Part shown: positions 34,730-43,171 of the stretch, one piece after another
Layout of the letters: each line of letters opens with the position of its first letter
Position numbering within the stretch: position 1 is the stretch's first letter
Assembly (NCBI GenBank): GCA_965220605.1
Contig: CBDCQM010000005.1
Span: 729,565-793,564, forward strand
Direction of reading: 5' to 3'
Length of the DNA stretch: 64,000 nt
Source of the DNA: Dehalococcoidia bacterium
GTDB taxonomy: Bacteria > Chloroflexota > Dehalococcoidia > Lucifugimonadales > UBA3495
Notes under the pieces: generated by a model
Seen by the model: the letters and a program-made list of their open reading frames with translations, nothing else
Database searches by the model: none
Told to the model about the DNA's origin: nothing
Program-made: the position numbers and the translations under genes

Positions 34730-36991
34730 ATGGCATCCAACATCGTACTGTCCAATACCGACTATAAGGTTGTCGGAACCCGGCCGGTACGGCACGACGG
34801 CACCGACAAGGTGACCGGACGCGCCAAGTACGGAGCCGACTTTGAGGCTGCCGGCGTTCTATACGCGAAAGTGCTGCGCAGCCCCCATGCCCACGCCCGC
34901 ATCAAGTCCATCGACACCAGCAAGGCCGAGGCCGCAGCGGGAGTCCGCGCCGTGATTACCGGCCGGGACATCCCCACCGATAACGCCGCCGCACGGAAGG
35001 TGATGGCGAAGGACAAGGCGCTTTACAAAGGCCACCCCGTGGCAGCCGTTGCGGCTACCAGCGCCCACGACGCGGAGCAGGCCCTGGCGCTGGTCGAGGT
35101 GGAGTACGAAGTGCTGAAGGCGGCCACCGAAGTCCGAAAGGCCATGGCCGACGACGCCGAGCTGCTGCACGAAGACCAGACCACCACCGAGATGGGCGAG
35201 GATACCGACAAGCACAGCAACATCGCCACTCACTTCCGCTACGAGCAGGGAGACCTGGACCAAGGTTTCGCCGCTGCCGACATCATCGTCGAGAAGGAAT
35301 ACTCCACTGCGACGGTGCACCAGGGCTACATCGAGCCTCAGAACGGCGCCGCATTCTGGAACGCCAACGGCGAACTGACCATCTGGGTCAGCACGCAGGG
35401 CGCGTTCACCACCCGAGACGCGCTGGCAGGCGTGCTGGACCTGCCCGTCTCCAAGGTCAAGGTGGTGCCAATGGAGATCGGCGGCGGGTTCGGGGGGAAG
35501 ATTCCCATATACCTGGAGCCTCTGACCGCGCTGCTGTCCAAGAAAGCCGGCGCGCCGGTCAAGTCGGCCATGAGCCGCGCCGAGGTCTTCGAGGCCACCG
35601 GGCCCACCTCCGGCTCCTACATGCACATCAAGATGGGCGCCACCAACGACGGAAAGATAGTCGTCGCCGAGGCCATGCTGGCCTTTGACGCCGGCGCATT
35701 CCCCGGCTCTCCGGTGACCGCAGGCGCACAGTGCATGTTCGCCTGCTACGACATCGAGAACTGCCGAGTGGACGGCTACGACGTGGTGGCCAACAAGCCT
35801 CCGGTAGCCGCATATCGCGCCCCCGGCGCTCCCATCGCCGCCTTCGCCTGCGAGACCGTGGTGGACGAGCTCGCGGAAAAGCTGGGTATGGACCCCATCG
35901 AGTTCCGCCTGCGGAACGCCTCCAAGGAGGGCACCCGGCGCGTGGACGGACCGGTCTTCCCGGTGGTCGGCAACGTGGAGCAGTTGGAGGCCGCCCGCGA
36001 GTCCGAGCAGTACCAGCGATCGCTGGAAGGCCCCAATCGCGGCCGAGGCGTAGCCTCCGGGTTCTGGTTCAACATCGGATTGCAGTCCAGCGCCGCCATC
36101 AGCGTCCAGGCCGACGGCACCATCTCCCTGGTGGAGGGCTCCACCGACATTGGAGGCACCCGCGCTTCCATCGCCATGCAGGCCGCCGAGGTGCTGGGCA
36201 TCCCCGCCGAGGACGTAGACCCCAGCGTGGGAGACACCGACTCCGTGGGATACACCTTCCTGACGGGGGGCAGCCGCACCACCTTCGCCACCGGCTGGGC
36301 AGCCTACGAGTGCGCCCAGGAAATCAAGCAGAAGATGATCGAGCGAGCCGCCGGCATCTGGGACGTGGACGTAGCGGATGTTGACCTGGTGGACGGTGTC
36401 TTCCAGCACACCTCCGACCAGGAGCTCAAGTTGAGCTTCAAGGAGCTTGCCGGACAGCTGAACCGCACCGGCGGGCCGATCTCCGCCCAGGTCAGCGTAG
36501 ACCCCCGCGGCGCCGGCGGAGCCTTCGCCACTCACATCGTGGACGTGGAAGTGGACCCCGACACCGGAAAGGTCACCATCCTCGACTACACCGCAGTCCA
36601 GGATGTGGGCAAGGCCATCCACCCCAGCTACGTAGAGGGCCAGATCCAGGGCGGCGTGGTACAGGGAATCGGCTGGGCGCTGAACGAAGAGTACCGCTTC
36701 AACGCCGATGGCCGGATGGAGAACTCCTCCTTCCTCGACTACCGGATGCCCACCAGCCTCGACCTGCCGATGATCGGCACGGTGATCGTCGAGGTAGCCA
36801 ACCCCGGACACCCCTACGGCGTCCGTGGGGTGGGTGAGGTGCCTATAGTGCCCCCCATGGCCGCCATCGCCAATGCCATCTACAACGCCGTCGGCGTGCG
36901 AATGAACCAGCTTCCCATGTCCCCCGACGCCATCCTTGAGAGCCTCTGGGCCAGGGACGGCGAGCCGGCGGGACTGGCTGCCGACGACTAG
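34730..36991 (+). CDS. Xanthine dehydrogenase/aldehyde oxidase family molybdopterin-binding large subunit (CoxL-like)
   Basis: 753 aa. VGTRPVRHDGTDKVTGRAKYGAD..., ...GGGFGGK..., and C-terminal ...PYGVRGVGE.... Confidence 0.85.
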   Translation: MASNIVLSNTDYKVVGTRPVRHDGTDKVTGRAKYGADFEAAGVLYAKVLRSPHAHARIKSIDTSKAEAAAGVRAVITGRDIPTDNAAARKVMAKDKALYKGHPVAAVAATSAHDAEQALALVEVEYEVLKAATEVRKAMADDAELLHEDQTTTEMGEDTDKHSNIATHFRYEQGDLDQGFAAADIIVEKEYSTATVHQGYIEPQNGAAFWNANGELTIWVSTQGAFTTRDALAGVLDLPVSKVKVVPMEIGGGFGGKIPIYLEPLTALLSKKAGAPVKSAMSRAEVFEATGPTSGSYMHIKMGATNDGKIVVAEAMLAFDAGAFPGSPVTAGAQCMFACYDIENCRVDGYDVVANKPPVAAYRAPGAPIAAFACETVVDELAEKLGMDPIEFRLRNASKEGTRRVDGPVFPVVGNVEQLEAARESEQYQRSLEGPNRGRGVASGFWFNIGLQSSAAISVQADGTISLVEGSTDIGGTRASIAMQAAEVLGIPAEDVDPSVGDTDSVGYTFLTGGSRTTFATGWAAYECAQEIKQKMIERAAGIWDVDVADVDLVDGVFQHTSDQELKLSFKELAGQLNRTGGPISAQVSVDPRGAGGAFATHIVDVEVDPDTGKVTILDYTAVQDVGKAIHPSYVEGQIQGGVVQGIGWALNEEYRFNADGRMENSSFLDYRMPTSLDLPMIGTVIVEVANPGHPYGVRGVGEVPIVPPMAAIANAIYNAVGVRMNQLPMSPDAILESLWARDGEPAGLAADD

Positions 36992-37018
36992 ACCCTAAGC
37001 GAATCCTGGCAACCGGAC

Positions 37019-37044
37019 TAGGGGCGCACAGCTGTGCGCCCCTA
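37019..37044. terminator. Perfect 26-nt GC-rich palindrome after the CoxL-like gene (terminator candidate)
   Basis: taggggcgcacag|ctgtgcgccccta. Confidence 0.5.
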
Positions 37045-37113
37045 CGATATTATTCAGAGGACGCCCCAACCTTCTCCGTGGAGGGAGAGGGAATTTTACG
37101 AAGGAGAACAGCG

Positions 37114-37662
37114 ATGACCAGAGTACCATTTGCCGCGCGTGAAGCCATGGATGCAGCCGGGCAGGCGATCTGGGACGAAATAGAGACCTCCCGAGGAGGG
37201 GTAGCGCGAAATTACGCTGCTCTGCTGAACAACCCGCAGGCCGCTGGGGCGCTGGCGGGCCTGGGCGGTTATGCCCGCTACGAGACGCCGCTCCCGCAGC
37301 GCATCAAGGCCCTGGCCATCCTGACCGCCGCCAGGGAAGCCTGCGGCAATTACGTCTGGACGGTCAACCAGCGTCCCGCAAGAGAGGCCGGGATATCCGA
37401 CGACATCATCGCCGCCATCCTCGAGTACCGGGCTCCCGCCGGGTTCGAAGCCGATGACGCCACGGTTGTGCAGTTCGTGCTGGAACTTCTGAGGCAACAC
37501 CGGATCTCCGACACGACTTTCGAAGCCATGCGCGCCCTGGTCGGCAACGCCGGCGTAGTGGACGTCCTGGTGGTCAGCGGCTACTACCATACGCTGGCCC
37601 ACTGCCTTCAGGCCCTCGACGTGGAGCTGCCCGAAGGAACCACCACCGCGCTGACCTACTAG
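37114..37662 (+). CDS. Carboxymuconolactone decarboxylase (AhpD-like) family protein
   Basis: 182 aa from ATG 37114 (AAGGAGA upstream). CMD-like helices (…LAILTAAREACGNYVW…). Confidence 0.7.
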   Translation: MTRVPFAAREAMDAAGQAIWDEIETSRGGVARNYAALLNNPQAAGALAGLGGYARYETPLPQRIKALAILTAAREACGNYVWTVNQRPAREAGISDDIIAAILEYRAPAGFEADDATVVQFVLELLRQHRISDTTFEAMRALVGNAGVVDVLVVSGYYHTLAHCLQALDVELPEGTTTALTY

Positions 37663-37710
37663 CTGCCCGTATTCGACGCGAGAAAAAGGAAATAACGACA
37701 GCGAGGGGGC

Positions 37711-37875
37711 CAGGGCTATCGCATATGGACAGTTTAGTCGCTGTCATTCCGGCAGAAGCCGGAATCCAGTGTCCTTAATCGTCAGTATCGTTGCGGAGAT
37801 CAAATGCCTTGCAATTACTGGACTCCGGCTTCCGCCGGAGTGACGGGGTTGCAGTTTTATATGCGATAGCCCCTG
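37711..37875. mobile_element. MITE, B-ended family, flanked by a perfect 10-bp direct repeat gcgagggggc
   Basis: gcgagggggc|cagggctatcgcatatgg...gtcattccggcagaagccggaatccag...ctggactccggcttccgccggagtgac...atatgcgatagcccctg|gcgagggggc. Confidence 0.8.
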
Positions 37876-37900
37876 GCGAGGGGGCGTTTACCTGTGGTGG

Positions 37901-40063
37901 ATGGAGAATAAGATGTCAACCTGTCGCAGAGCGGCTTTTATCGTTGTCGCCGGCATATTGCCTTTGCTGCTTTCCTGCTGGGCAGGCAACCCGGAGGAAC
38001 TGACCAGGCTGGATTCTCTCCGGCAGGACGTGGTGCGACTGCACACCGACTTGTCGGAATTGTCCAAGTCCAGCTTGGGCGAGGACGAAAGCCGTTTCAC
38101 CTTGCAACTGCTCCACGCCGCCGATATGGACGGAGCCGCCGGCGCGTTGCAGAACGTGGAGAACTTTTCGGCCATTCTGTCCGGCCTGCGCCAACAGTAT
38201 CCCCAAAACACCCTTGTCTTGAGTTCGGGCGACAACTTCGTTCCGGGCCCGAGATACTACGCAGCGGGCGATCCCTCGATGGACGCTATCCTGGGGGTTG
38301 CCGGATACGGACGGGCGGACGTTGCTCTGCTCAATGCAATGGGCTTCCAGGTTTCGGCGTTGGGAAACCACGAACTGGACCGGGGCACCTGGGAGTTCGC
38401 TTCCATCGTCAAGGCAGAGGTTGGAGACGGCGCAACATATCCCGGTTCCGGGTTCCCTTACCTGTCCAGCAATCTGGATTTCACCACCGACGAAAACCTG
38501 GCCGAACTGGTGGTTCCCGACGGGCAGGACGCCATCCTGGTAGGCGGCAGCCTGGCCCGCAGCGCCGTGGTCACCGTCGGCGGCCAGCGCATCGGGATAG
38601 TTGGCGCAACCACCCCGTCCCTGCCCTCCATCACCGGCATCGGCGGCATCACCGTCGCGCCTGCGGACTACGACCTCGAGGCTCTCGCCGCCATTATCCA
38701 GGAATCGGTGGACGCCTTGACCGCGCAGGGCCTGAACAAGATTATCCTGCTGGGCCATATGCAGCGCATAGAAATTGAGCAGTCATTGGCGGAGAAACTT
38801 CGAGACGTGGACATCATCGTCGCCGGGGGGTCCAATACGCTGCTGGCCGACGACACCGACCGGCTTCGCCCCGGCGACGTGGCCGCAGGAACCTACCCGC
38901 TGAGCCACCAATCCGCGGACGGGGAGCCGGTGTTGCTGGTGAACACCGATGCCGACTACCGCTATCTGGGCCGCTTGGTGGTGGATTTCGACGAAGAGGG
39001 GCGAGTCATCCCCGACTCCGTAAACCCCTATGTCAGCGGGGCCTACGCCACCGACTTGCAGGGCGGCCAGCTCTTCGCCGGGCAGCCCATCCAGGAGGTA
39101 AGCCGCATCACAGAATCTCTGCGTCCGGTGTTGCAGGAACGGGACGGCGACATCGCGGGCCGCACCGCCGTCTATCTGGCCGGACGGAGGGTTGACGTGC
39201 GAACCCAGGAAACCAACCTGGGCAACCTGATTGCCGACGCCTTTCTGTGGACGGCCCGTCAGCTCGACCCGGAAACGCAGGTGTCCCTGAAGAACAGCGG
39301 GGGCATCCGCGACAGCATCGGGCTGGTGGCGCAGCCACCGGGAACCATATCCCTGGATGATGTGCGGTTTCTGCCCCCGCAGGCCAATCCCGTTGTCGGC
39401 AAGCGCGAGGGAGACGTGTCCCGGCTGGACATCGAAGGCGCCCTTCGCTTCAACAACGGCATGTCCATAATCCCACTGACTGCGACGGAACTGGTCGGCA
39501 TTATTGAGCACACCGTCAGCGCCGAAGGGGTAGGAGAAGTTCCCTCCGGCCTCTTTCCCCAGGTGGGCGGAATGAGACTCAGCTTTGATCCAAGCGCCTC
39601 TTCAGGCCAGCGCATTCGCTCTCTCGCCATAGTGGACGATGAGGGGCAAGTGCTTGACCGGGTGGTGGTGAACGGGAGGCTGTCCGGCGACCCGGAGCGT
39701 CAAATCAAAATGGCTACGATGAATTTCCTGGCTAACGGGGGCTCCGGGTATCCGTTCCCGTTCCCTCACTCCGAGCGGGTTGACCTCTCCGGCGAGGCCG
39801 TGCAGCCCAACCCTCCCAACCCGGACTTCCCGGACTCCAACGGCAACGGAAGGATAGACGACCCCCAGGCGGTTGACCCCGGCCTTTCGGACTTCGCCGC
39901 CTCCGGCACGGAGCAGGACGCACTGGCCGAGTACCTGGCCCACTTCTACGCCGACGAGCCGTTCAACAAACCCGAAACCTCTCCCCTGAGCGACAGACGC
40001 ATCCAGAACCTGGGCCTGCCTGGAATGACGGATACCGTGTTCCGTGGGGAAACCGAAAAATAG
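37901..40063 (+). CDS. Lipoprotein bifunctional metallophosphatase / 5'-nucleotidase (UshA-like)
   Basis: Signal peptide with the lipobox LLLSC. Metallophosphatase motifs (LLHAADMDG, GDNFVPG, GNHELD) and a C-terminal 5'-nucleotidase domain. 720 aa. Confidence 0.8.
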   Translation: MENKMSTCRRAAFIVVAGILPLLLSCWAGNPEELTRLDSLRQDVVRLHTDLSELSKSSLGEDESRFTLQLLHAADMDGAAGALQNVENFSAILSGLRQQYPQNTLVLSSGDNFVPGPRYYAAGDPSMDAILGVAGYGRADVALLNAMGFQVSALGNHELDRGTWEFASIVKAEVGDGATYPGSGFPYLSSNLDFTTDENLAELVVPDGQDAILVGGSLARSAVVTVGGQRIGIVGATTPSLPSITGIGGITVAPADYDLEALAAIIQESVDALTAQGLNKIILLGHMQRIEIEQSLAEKLRDVDIIVAGGSNTLLADDTDRLRPGDVAAGTYPLSHQSADGEPVLLVNTDADYRYLGRLVVDFDEEGRVIPDSVNPYVSGAYATDLQGGQLFAGQPIQEVSRITESLRPVLQERDGDIAGRTAVYLAGRRVDVRTQETNLGNLIADAFLWTARQLDPETQVSLKNSGGIRDSIGLVAQPPGTISLDDVRFLPPQANPVVGKREGDVSRLDIEGALRFNNGMSIIPLTATELVGIIEHTVSAEGVGEVPSGLFPQVGGMRLSFDPSASSGQRIRSLAIVDDEGQVLDRVVVNGRLSGDPERQIKMATMNFLANGGSGYPFPFPHSERVDLSGEAVQPNPPNPDFPDSNGNGRIDDPQAVDPGLSDFAASGTEQDALAEYLAHFYADEPFNKPETSPLSDRRIQNLGLPGMTDTVFRGETEK

Positions 40064-40096
40064 GGCGTGTCGGCATCCTGCGATGCGGACACGCCC
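40063..40096. terminator. Hairpin between convergent genes (bidirectional terminator candidate)
   Basis: gggcgtgtc-ggcatcctgcgatgcg-gacacgccc. Confidence 0.5.
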
Positions 40097-40123
40097 TTGC
40101 CTCGGCGGCGCCGGAATGCCTGG

Positions 40124-40435
40124 CTAGGCAGTCGCGGGAACCTTCATCACCGAGGTCATGGCCTGAACTTCGAGGCGGGCGATGTGGCTCCGGGCATGGT
40201 CCATCACGCCCTGCCACTCCGTGGAGGAGTAGAAAGCCTCTTCCCTCGAGGCCACCTCATCCGCGCTGGGGAAGGAGCGGATCCAGATGAACTGATTGTT
40301 GTCTGCGTTGACCCACATTCCCTCTACGGTGATTCCGTACTTTGCCTGTATTCCCACCAACTGGTCATTGAACAGTTCAACCCAGGCGTCCATCATTCCG
40401 CGATTGATGGTATAGGTGCGCAGTTGGTAAAGCAT
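40124..40435 (-). CDS. NIPSNAP family protein
   Basis: MLYQLRTYTINRGMMDAWVELFN...WIRSF. 103 aa. Confidence 0.75.
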   Translation of the reverse strand: MLYQLRTYTINRGMMDAWVELFNDQLVGIQAKYGITVEGMWVNADNNQFIWIRSFPSADEVASREEAFYSSTEWQGVMDHARSHIARLEVQAMTSVMKVPATA

Positions 40436-40501
40436 GGCGTTCTCCTTTCTGTTGGTTTCCCTCTCACTTCGGGAGAGGGTTATGGTGAGGGCGTTCCTGC
40501 C

Positions 40502-40732
40502 CTAGGTGGCTACGCAGGTAATGGTGCGCTCGATCCCGCTGATGCTCTGAACCTGGGCCGTTACCAAGTCCACCAATGCCACCATGTCCTGTGCTTCCGC
40601 GAGGACGATGAGGTCGTAGGCGCCGGTGATTATGTCGGCCTCAGTAACGTTCTCCATATTCCTGAGGGCCACAAGCACGTCTCTGGCCGCCCCAACGCTG
40701 GTCTCTATCAGAATATACGCTCTTGCTGCCAT
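40502..40732 (-). CDS. Stand-alone Lrp/AsnC ligand-binding (RAM) domain protein
   Basis: 76 aa. AYILIETSVGAARDVLVALRNMENVTEADIITGAYDLIV. Confidence 0.7.
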   Translation of the reverse strand: MAARAYILIETSVGAARDVLVALRNMENVTEADIITGAYDLIVLAEAQDMVALVDLVTAQVQSISGIERTITCVAT

Positions 40733-40792
40733 TGGAGCTATCCCTTCCAGCCTGCTTCAATGGGTAATCAGGCCAAACCGGCGAGGGCGAGG

Positions 40793-41179
40793 CTAGTCGG
40801 GAACGGCGGCCGTGCTGGTTACTTCCACCAGATTGTCGGGCGCGCCGAAGTTGACAATGACCGTTGTGCGCGCCGGACGATCAGCCGGAAAGAACTCGGC
40901 GTAGACCTCGTTGAATCCCGGCAGGTCCTCCCTGTTTGTAACATAGCAGGTGTTGGTCAGAACCTGGTCCATCGAGGAACCGGAAGCCTCCAGGATGATC
41001 GAAATGCGCTCGAGTGCATAGCGGGTCTGTTCCTTGATGTCCTTCCCCACGGTGTTGTCGGTGGGGTGGCGGCCGGTGCAACCCTGCACGAAGACGAGAT
41101 TCCCGTGCCTCACTGCCTGGGAGAGCGGCGCATTGCCCGCCGTGATCCTGTCGGTTGAGATGATTTCCTTTCTGGGCAT
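40793..41179 (-). CDS. ridA: RidA/YjgF/Endoribonuclease L-PSP family protein
   Basis: PLSQAVRHGNLVFVQGCTG...TRYALERISIILEASG...ARTTV... 128 aa from ATG 41179. Confidence 0.85.
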   Translation of the reverse strand: MPRKEIISTDRITAGNAPLSQAVRHGNLVFVQGCTGRHPTDNTVGKDIKEQTRYALERISIILEASGSSMDQVLTNTCYVTNREDLPGFNEVYAEFFPADRPARTTVIVNFGAPDNLVEVTSTAAVPD

Positions 41180-41284
41180 AAGAAACGGCCTCCGCGGGGG
41201 TTGATTCAATCCGCATCCGGTCTTTCGCCGGATACAATACGCCGGACCGGTCCATCCGCCCTGAGCCTGTCGAAGGCCGGTCGG

Positions 41285-41524
41285 CTAGTCATCATCGCCG
41301 GAGTCCGGCGCAGTTCCGCGCAACTCAAACAGGCGGTCTATGCGCGAGACGATATGGGCAGTATCGGCGCGGCGAGCTTCCGATTCCGCCCGCTGGGATT
41401 CCGCCAGAGCGTCAAGCCCGCCTTCCAATCGGCCCATCCTGTACCACAAGCCGCCCGCCATTCCCATCAGGGCCAGCAGGATCGCGCCCACGGCAACTAT
41501 CAGCCTCACATCGTCGGGAGACAC
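41285..41524 (-). CDS. Small single-TM protein with a charged helical tail (copy 1 of a tandem pair)
   Basis: MSPDDVRLIVAVGAILLALMGMAGGLWYRMGRLEG...AESQRAESEARRADTAHIVSRIDRLFELRGTAPDSGDDD. GTG start. Confidence 0.55.
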   Translation of the reverse strand: MSPDDVRLIVAVGAILLALMGMAGGLWYRMGRLEGGLDALAESQRAESEARRADTAHIVSRIDRLFELRGTAPDSGDDD

Positions 41525-41557
41525 GGCATCAAACTCCGACCTGAGCTTGTCGGATTG

Positions 41558-41818
41558 CTAGTCATCATCGCCGGAGTCCGGCGCAGTTCCGCGCAACTCA
41601 AACAGGCGGTCTATGCGCGAGACGATATGGGCAGTATCGGCGCGGCGAGCTTCCGACTCCGCACGGCGAGCTTCCGATTCCGCCCGCTGGGATTCCGCCA
41701 GAGCGTCAAGCCGGCCTTCCAATCGGCCCATCCTGTACCACAAGCCGCCCGCCATTCCCATCAGGGCCAGCAGGATCGCGCCCACGGCAGCTATCAGCCT
41801 CACATCGTCGGGAGACAC
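41558..41818 (-). CDS. Small single-TM protein (copy 2, one extra AESEARR heptad)
   Basis: Nearly identical at DNA level to 41285-41524, with a 21-nt insertion duplicating AESEARR. Confidence 0.55.
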   Translation of the reverse strand: MSPDDVRLIAAVGAILLALMGMAGGLWYRMGRLEGRLDALAESQRAESEARRAESEARRADTAHIVSRIDRLFELRGTAPDSGDDD

Positions 41819-41896
41819 GGCATCAAACTCCGACCTGAGCTTGTCGGATTGCTAGTCGAATCATTATATCCGGGGCCTTACCCCTGTCAATTGAGG

Positions 41897-43042
41897 CTAG
41901 TCGGGTACTTGGGCGAAATCCGCTCCCAACCCTTCTATGAACTCCGGAAACAGTTCAGTTCCGTTCCAGCGCACCGTTCCGCCAAACTCTCCCACTCCAG
42001 GGCCTGCATCCATGGACACGTCGCCGGTTTCGACGAGCAGTTCCACGTGGCTGATTACTTCGGTCAGGGCAAGGAAGAAATTGTTGTCGTCCAGTTCGCG
42101 GTGTGAGAAATGGTCCCGGGTCAGCGAGGCCAGGTCCCTGGGACCGCCTTTCAGGATGTCGACGAGGTCATGGCAGCGAGCGGCGTGATGTTCGACGATC
42201 TCCGTTGCGCGCTCCAGGCCGACGAGGTTGAACTGGCCGCGATGGTAGGCGCGATGGGCAGGCAGGACGTCGATTCCGTCCGTGCGCATTTCTCCGATGG
42301 CCGCAACCCGCAGCAGGGACCGCAGCAGAGCCTTCAGGCCATAGATCTGGTTATCGGCCCGGTAGGTCTCCGGGAGAACGGAGCGGTAACTGGAGTGGCT
42401 CCGGCTGACGGACGGATGGGGAGTGATCTGGGGCAGGACGTGATCGCCCGTGAACATGATCCTGTCGAAGAGGATGCATAGCTCATCGGGCGAGTGGCCG
42501 GGCGTGTACAGGTAGGTCAAGCTATCGGAGCGCAAGCCGTCCGTTACCGCGCAGTCGACGTTCAGCTCGAGGGCGCGGCGGTGGTGCCTCTTCACCCGTT
42601 CGACAGTGTCCGAGTTTTCGAAGGCCTGGAAGCTGGTTACCTCCCGGCGCCAGCTCATCTCCCTTTCCCAACGGTCTTCGAGCAGCAGGCTGCCGTAGAT
42701 TTCGTGGGCCCATAGCTCGGCTCCGCTTTCCCGCACCACGCTCAGGCAACCCCCGTCGTGGTCCATGTGACCGTGGGTCACAACGATGCGTTGCACCGCG
42801 GCCATCGAGTGTCCCAGGTAGTCCAGGCCCTCGGCCAGAAGGTGTTCGGAGCCGTGGCAGCCGGGGTCGATGACCGTCAGGTAATCCCCTTCGACCACGT
42901 AGCACCAGGTCGGCCCCAGGGGCGTCTCCCAGGCTTGAGGAATACCGAGGGCCGACACCCTCGTCCCGGATGGCGCAGAGTACCTGACCACCATCCTGTT
43001 TCCTGATTCGTCGCCCTTCTTCAATATCTCGGGTTCCAGCAT
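41897..43042 (-). CDS. MBL-fold metallo-hydrolase
   Basis: VVTHGHMDHDGG (HxHxDH motif). 381 aa. Confidence 0.8.
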   Translation of the reverse strand: MLEPEILKKGDESGNRMVVRYSAPSGTRVSALGIPQAWETPLGPTWCYVVEGDYLTVIDPGCHGSEHLLAEGLDYLGHSMAAVQRIVVTHGHMDHDGGCLSVVRESGAELWAHEIYGSLLLEDRWEREMSWRREVTSFQAFENSDTVERVKRHHRRALELNVDCAVTDGLRSDSLTYLYTPGHSPDELCILFDRIMFTGDHVLPQITPHPSVSRSHSSYRSVLPETYRADNQIYGLKALLRSLLRVAAIGEMRTDGIDVLPAHRAYHRGQFNLVGLERATEIVEHHAARCHDLVDILKGGPRDLASLTRDHFSHRELDDNNFFLALTEVISHVELLVETGDVSMDAGPGVGEFGGTVRWNGTELFPEFIEGLGADFAQVPD

Positions 43043-43171
43043 TTACACCGCCGATGCGAGTTTGGGGAATTTGAACGAGGCACGCCGTTTACCTTTCAGC
43101 AAATTGCGCACTGACGTTGAAGATTCTACATTATTGGCGCTCCGGCGCTACCGCGCCTATCCGCTAGTTGC

